Assembly (NCBI GenBank): GCA_950097015.1
Contig: CATNEN010000003.1
Span: 4,960,001 to 5,024,000, forward strand
Source of the DNA: Macrostomum hystrix
Lineage: Eukaryota; Animalia; Platyhelminthes
DNA: 64,000 nt
Direction of reading: 5' to 3'
The position numbers and the translations under genes are program-made. Every line of letters starts with the position of its first letter. Positions within the stretch are counted from its first letter, which is position 1. Of the stretch, positions 60,601 through 64,000 are shown in pieces. A model generated the notes under the pieces. It was not told the DNA's origin, searched no databases, and saw nothing but the letters and a program-made list of their open reading frames with translations.

Positions 60601-63189
60601 AATCGGCAGATAGACGGGGTTAGAATCGGCAGATAGACGGGGTTAGAATCGGCAGATAGACAAGTGGAGAATCGGTGGATAGACATGGGGAGAATCGGCA
60701 GATAGACAAGAGGAGAATCGGCAGATAGACAAGAGGAGAATCGGCAGATAGACAAGGGGAGAATCGGCAGATAGACGGGGAGAATCGGCAGATTGACATG
60801 GGGAGAATCGGCAGATAGACAGGGAGAATCGGCAGATAGACATGGGGAGAATCGAAATAGGGTGAGATAATAATCTAAAATATGACGAATAGATATTTTT
60901 GAGTGTCATATCATTGTGCATAGCCTAGCTCATAGCCAACATTTCAAGGCTTGCTATGCGAATTTTGACGTATTTTGGTTGTTGTGTTTTTTCTTACTTC
61001 GCAAATCGCTTGAATAAGTAGGATAAAAGCGGAATGGATTGGAATGCAAGCGGAATAAAGTGGGATAAAAGTGGAATGACGTGGGATAAAAGCGGAATGA
61101 AGTGGGATAAAAGTAGAATGAATGGGGAAAAAGAGCGGAATAAAGTGGGATAAAAGCGGAATGAAGTGGGATAAAAGGGGGATGAAGTGGGATAAGAGCG
61201 GAGTGAAGTGGGATAAAAGTAGAGTGAATGGGGAAAAAAGCGGAATTAATTAGGATAAAAGTGTAATGAATTGGGATAAGCGCGGAATGAAGTGGGAAAA
61301 AAGCGGAATGAACTGGGATAAAAGTGGAATCAAGTGGGATAAAAGCGGAAAGAATTCAAGTTTCAAGTCAATTCAAGTCAACAGGAAGTTTATCTTGTCT
61401 AGTCATTGCTTCGTGCATAAATACGAGTAATATTTTGATGCCTGCATTTGCGAATGCACATTTTTTAAAACATTCCTAGATAGCATTAGTTAAAATTGCC
61501 TTTGACCAGTTATGGAAAGTGTGTGCAAAATCTTCCACTTTTGGGATTTATGAATGCCTCTGAAGTCGCTGCGTTGGGAAACGAAATTCGAAAACGTGCG
61601 CCTTATTTCCATCCCGCCCTTCCCAACCCCAGCTTCCACCGCATAGTTGGGCTTCCAATGCCACTACAATCTGTCTTCTGTTGTCTAAACCCTATCCCCC
61701 TGCGCCACTACATTCGCGCTGACTATCATTTTTCTCTTTGAATTTTCTGGAACAAGTCCAAGTCTGGTTCTTCTTACCATTTCTTCCTCTCCTCTCTCTC
61801 CCACTCTGATTCCTTTCTCCGCATATATACTTATTTTACAACGCCGCCAGATTATTTTATATTCGCATCCTAATCTTGCTACTTAGTTATCTAGCCATCA
61901 GTAGTATCTACAAATTTATTCATTTTTTTAATCAAAATAATCGCCAGGACCGTCTTGCGAATCGCCCGAAATGATTCGTCGCATGATTGTTCAGGGTATG
62001 AACATTGCCAGGATCAATCTCACCTTGGGATCCTACAAGGTGAGAGGATGTTTTTTCCTATTTCGATTAAATTACTAGTTTTTGCTCCTATTTTATATAC
62101 ACTAGGGATAGTTTGCTAAGTAAGGATGATCTGTCATTTCGAGGGAAAATTTTTAATCTCTGGGGATAAATTGTCATTTCTAGGGATTTGTAGTCTATTC
62201 GGGATAATTTACCATTACTCGGGATAATTTACCACTGCTCGTGATAATTTACCATTATTCGGGATAGTTTACCACTATTCAGGATAATTTACCACTACTC
62301 GGGATAATTTACCACTATTCAGGATAATTTACCACTATTCGGGACAATTTACCACTATTCGGGACAATTTACCACTATTCGGGATAATTTACCACTATTC
62401 GGGACAATTTACCACTATTCGGGATAATTTACCACTATTCGGGATAATTTACCACTATTCGGGATAGTTTACCACAATTCGGGATAATTTACCACTATTC
62501 AGGATAATTTACCACTATTCGGGATAATTTACCACTATTCGGGATAGTTTGCCACTATTCGGGATAATTTACCACTATTCGGGATAATTTACCACTATTC
62601 GGGATAATTTACCACTATTCGGGATAGTTTACCACTATTCAGGATAATTTACCACTATTCAGGATAATTTACCACTATTCGGGATAATTTACCACTATTC
62701 GGGATAATTTACCACTATTCGGGACAATTTACCACTATTCGGGACAATTTACCACTATTCGGGATAATTTACCACTATTCGGGATAATTTACCAACTCCA
62801 AGCGCATCACGTGACTGAATCCTAGCAAACGGCAATATTATTTTCAATTCAAACCCGGCAGTACTGCTCCCAGCTGATCAAAGCTGTGCGCACAGAGGAG
62901 GCCAATCTAAACGAAGGGTCCATGGACAGTCGCACGGTGGCCGTGGCTGTCGACATCACCGCTCCCACCCTGCGCACCGGCTTAATTGGCGGCTCAGTCG
63001 CCGGCGCTTTCAAAGTCTCCGAGGGTCAATTCATCACTGTCACAATTGACGAAGCCTTCAAAGAAGATTGCACAGTAGATCACCTGTACATCGACACCAC
63101 CTATTGGCGGAAGGCTTTCCACGCTATCAATGTTGGCGACAGGATCGACATTGACGACGGCACCATCATGCTGATTGCTAGGGAGAAAG
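57662..63189 (+). CDS. Pyruvate kinase-like protein (divergent paralog), 5' exons only; gene continues beyond window
   Basis: Exons 57662-57747 (putative, phase-2 compatible), 60140-60279 (HVCGLDIDNLPIYPRVTGIMCTLG), 61948-62039 (GPSCESPEMIRRMIVQGMNIARINLTLGSYK), 62862-63189 (AVAVDITAPTLRTGLIGG..VGDRIDIDDGTIML). These are collinear with the PK N, A1 and B domains (cf. HMCRLDID..RNTGIICTIGP..GMNVARLNFSHG..ALDTKGPEIRTG..YVDDG). Confidence 0.87.
58382..60026. repeat. 20-21-bp GACGATTC-core minisatellite in PK intron 1 (degenerate 5' half, homogeneous GAGACGATTCCTTATGGATT 3' half)
   Basis: Tandem units throughout. Confidence 0.93.
60460..60855. repeat. ~22-bp minisatellite (GAATCGGCAGATAGACGGGGTTA-like) in PK intron 2
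   Basis: Tandem units. Confidence 0.9.
61015..61350. repeat. ~21-bp degenerate minisatellite (AAGTGGGATAAAAGCGGAATG) in PK intron 2
   Basis: Tandem units. Confidence 0.88.
62196..62794. repeat. 20-bp minisatellite (GGGATAATTTACCACTATTC), ~30 units, PK intron 3
   Basis: Near-perfect tandem array. Confidence 0.96.
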
Positions 63190-63586
63190 GTCAGTTTATT
63201 ATCCCTTATTATCTTTTCACAAAAAGCGCCCGGAATTGAGCTATAAGCCACTATAAGCCAGTTTTATTTTGAAGAAAATATGTTAATGAATATGTGCGCA
63301 TTTAGGTGGCACCAACTATTCATCTTCAAATCGGCAGTCAGGTGTGTTGTTTAGTTTTTTATTCGTAGTAAATATATAACTATATACTAAACAGTGCTAT
63401 ATGGTCAAATATGTTAAACTGCTGGCACAAATGGGGATCTAGCATGGATCTAGCAGGGTCTTATAAAGTTATAATTTTATTGCTCTAGGATTTGTAATAA
63501 TAATCGTGTTCTATAAGCTACTTTCACAGGTAAAGTTTATTTAAAATTATTTTTTACAATTAACTTACGACACTCAATTAGTAATA

Positions 63587-63950
63587 AGACCAATTTACAG
63601 ACAATAATCAGGCCAATTTACAGACAATAATCAGGCCAATTTACAGACAATAATCAGACCAATTTACAGACAATAATCAGGCCAATTTACAGACAATAAT
63701 CAGGCCAATTTACAGACAATAATCAGACCAATTTACAGACAATAATCAGACCAATTTACAGACAATAATCAGGCCAATTTACAGACAATAATCAGACCAA
63801 TTTACAGACAATAATCAGACCAATTTACAGACAATAATCAGACCAATTTACAGACAATAATCAGACCAATTTACAGACAATAATCAGACCAATTTACAGA
63901 CAATAATCAGACCAATTTACAGACAATAATCAGGCCAATTTACAGACAAT
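63587..63950. repeat. 23-bp minisatellite (ACCAATTTACAGACAATAATCAG), ~16 units, PK intron 4
   Basis: Near-perfect tandem array. Confidence 0.95.
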
Positions 63951-64000
63951 TATCTTCAATAATTAATTACGAAACTTTGATTCTACTAATTATACCACGG

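Noticed and set aside
63301-63345. Possible next pyruvate kinase exon after TTTAG at 63305
   Set aside because: Translation does not resemble the expected V.NGG.LG..KGVNLP segment; the next exon is probably beyond the window.

Overview
Eukaryotic (metazoan) genomic DNA with spliceosomal GT-AG introns. The minisatellite-stuffed introns and poly-Q/A/S-rich coding style suggest a free-living flatworm such as Macrostomum; this is an inference only. Five protein-coding loci can be reconstructed. (1) A complete 13-exon VPS8 gene (+, 802..38892, ~1492 aa), whose intron 4 is a 24.7 kb indel-free 18-bp minisatellite; the huge 8000-aa ORFs in the track are artefacts of this array. (2) An MPV17L2-like gene (+, 41780..42487) that has a clean splice acceptor but no genomic start codon, making it a candidate for a spliced-leader-donated AUG and a VPS8-MPV17L2 operon. 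(3) A 3-exon MRCK/CDC42BP kinase (+, 47103..52270, ~1570 aa). (4) An unknown two-TM protein (-, 55397..55951). (5) The 5' part of a divergent pyruvate kinase with non-canonical K+/ATP-site motifs (+, 57662..>63189), head-to-head with (4) across an RFX X-box. The window also holds an internally deleted Buster/SPIN-like hAT transposon with TIRs and an 8-bp TSD inside an intronic minisatellite, two MITEs, two tRNA-derived SINE-like families and about 16 distinct tandem arrays. Some neighbouring introns appear homologous to each other.
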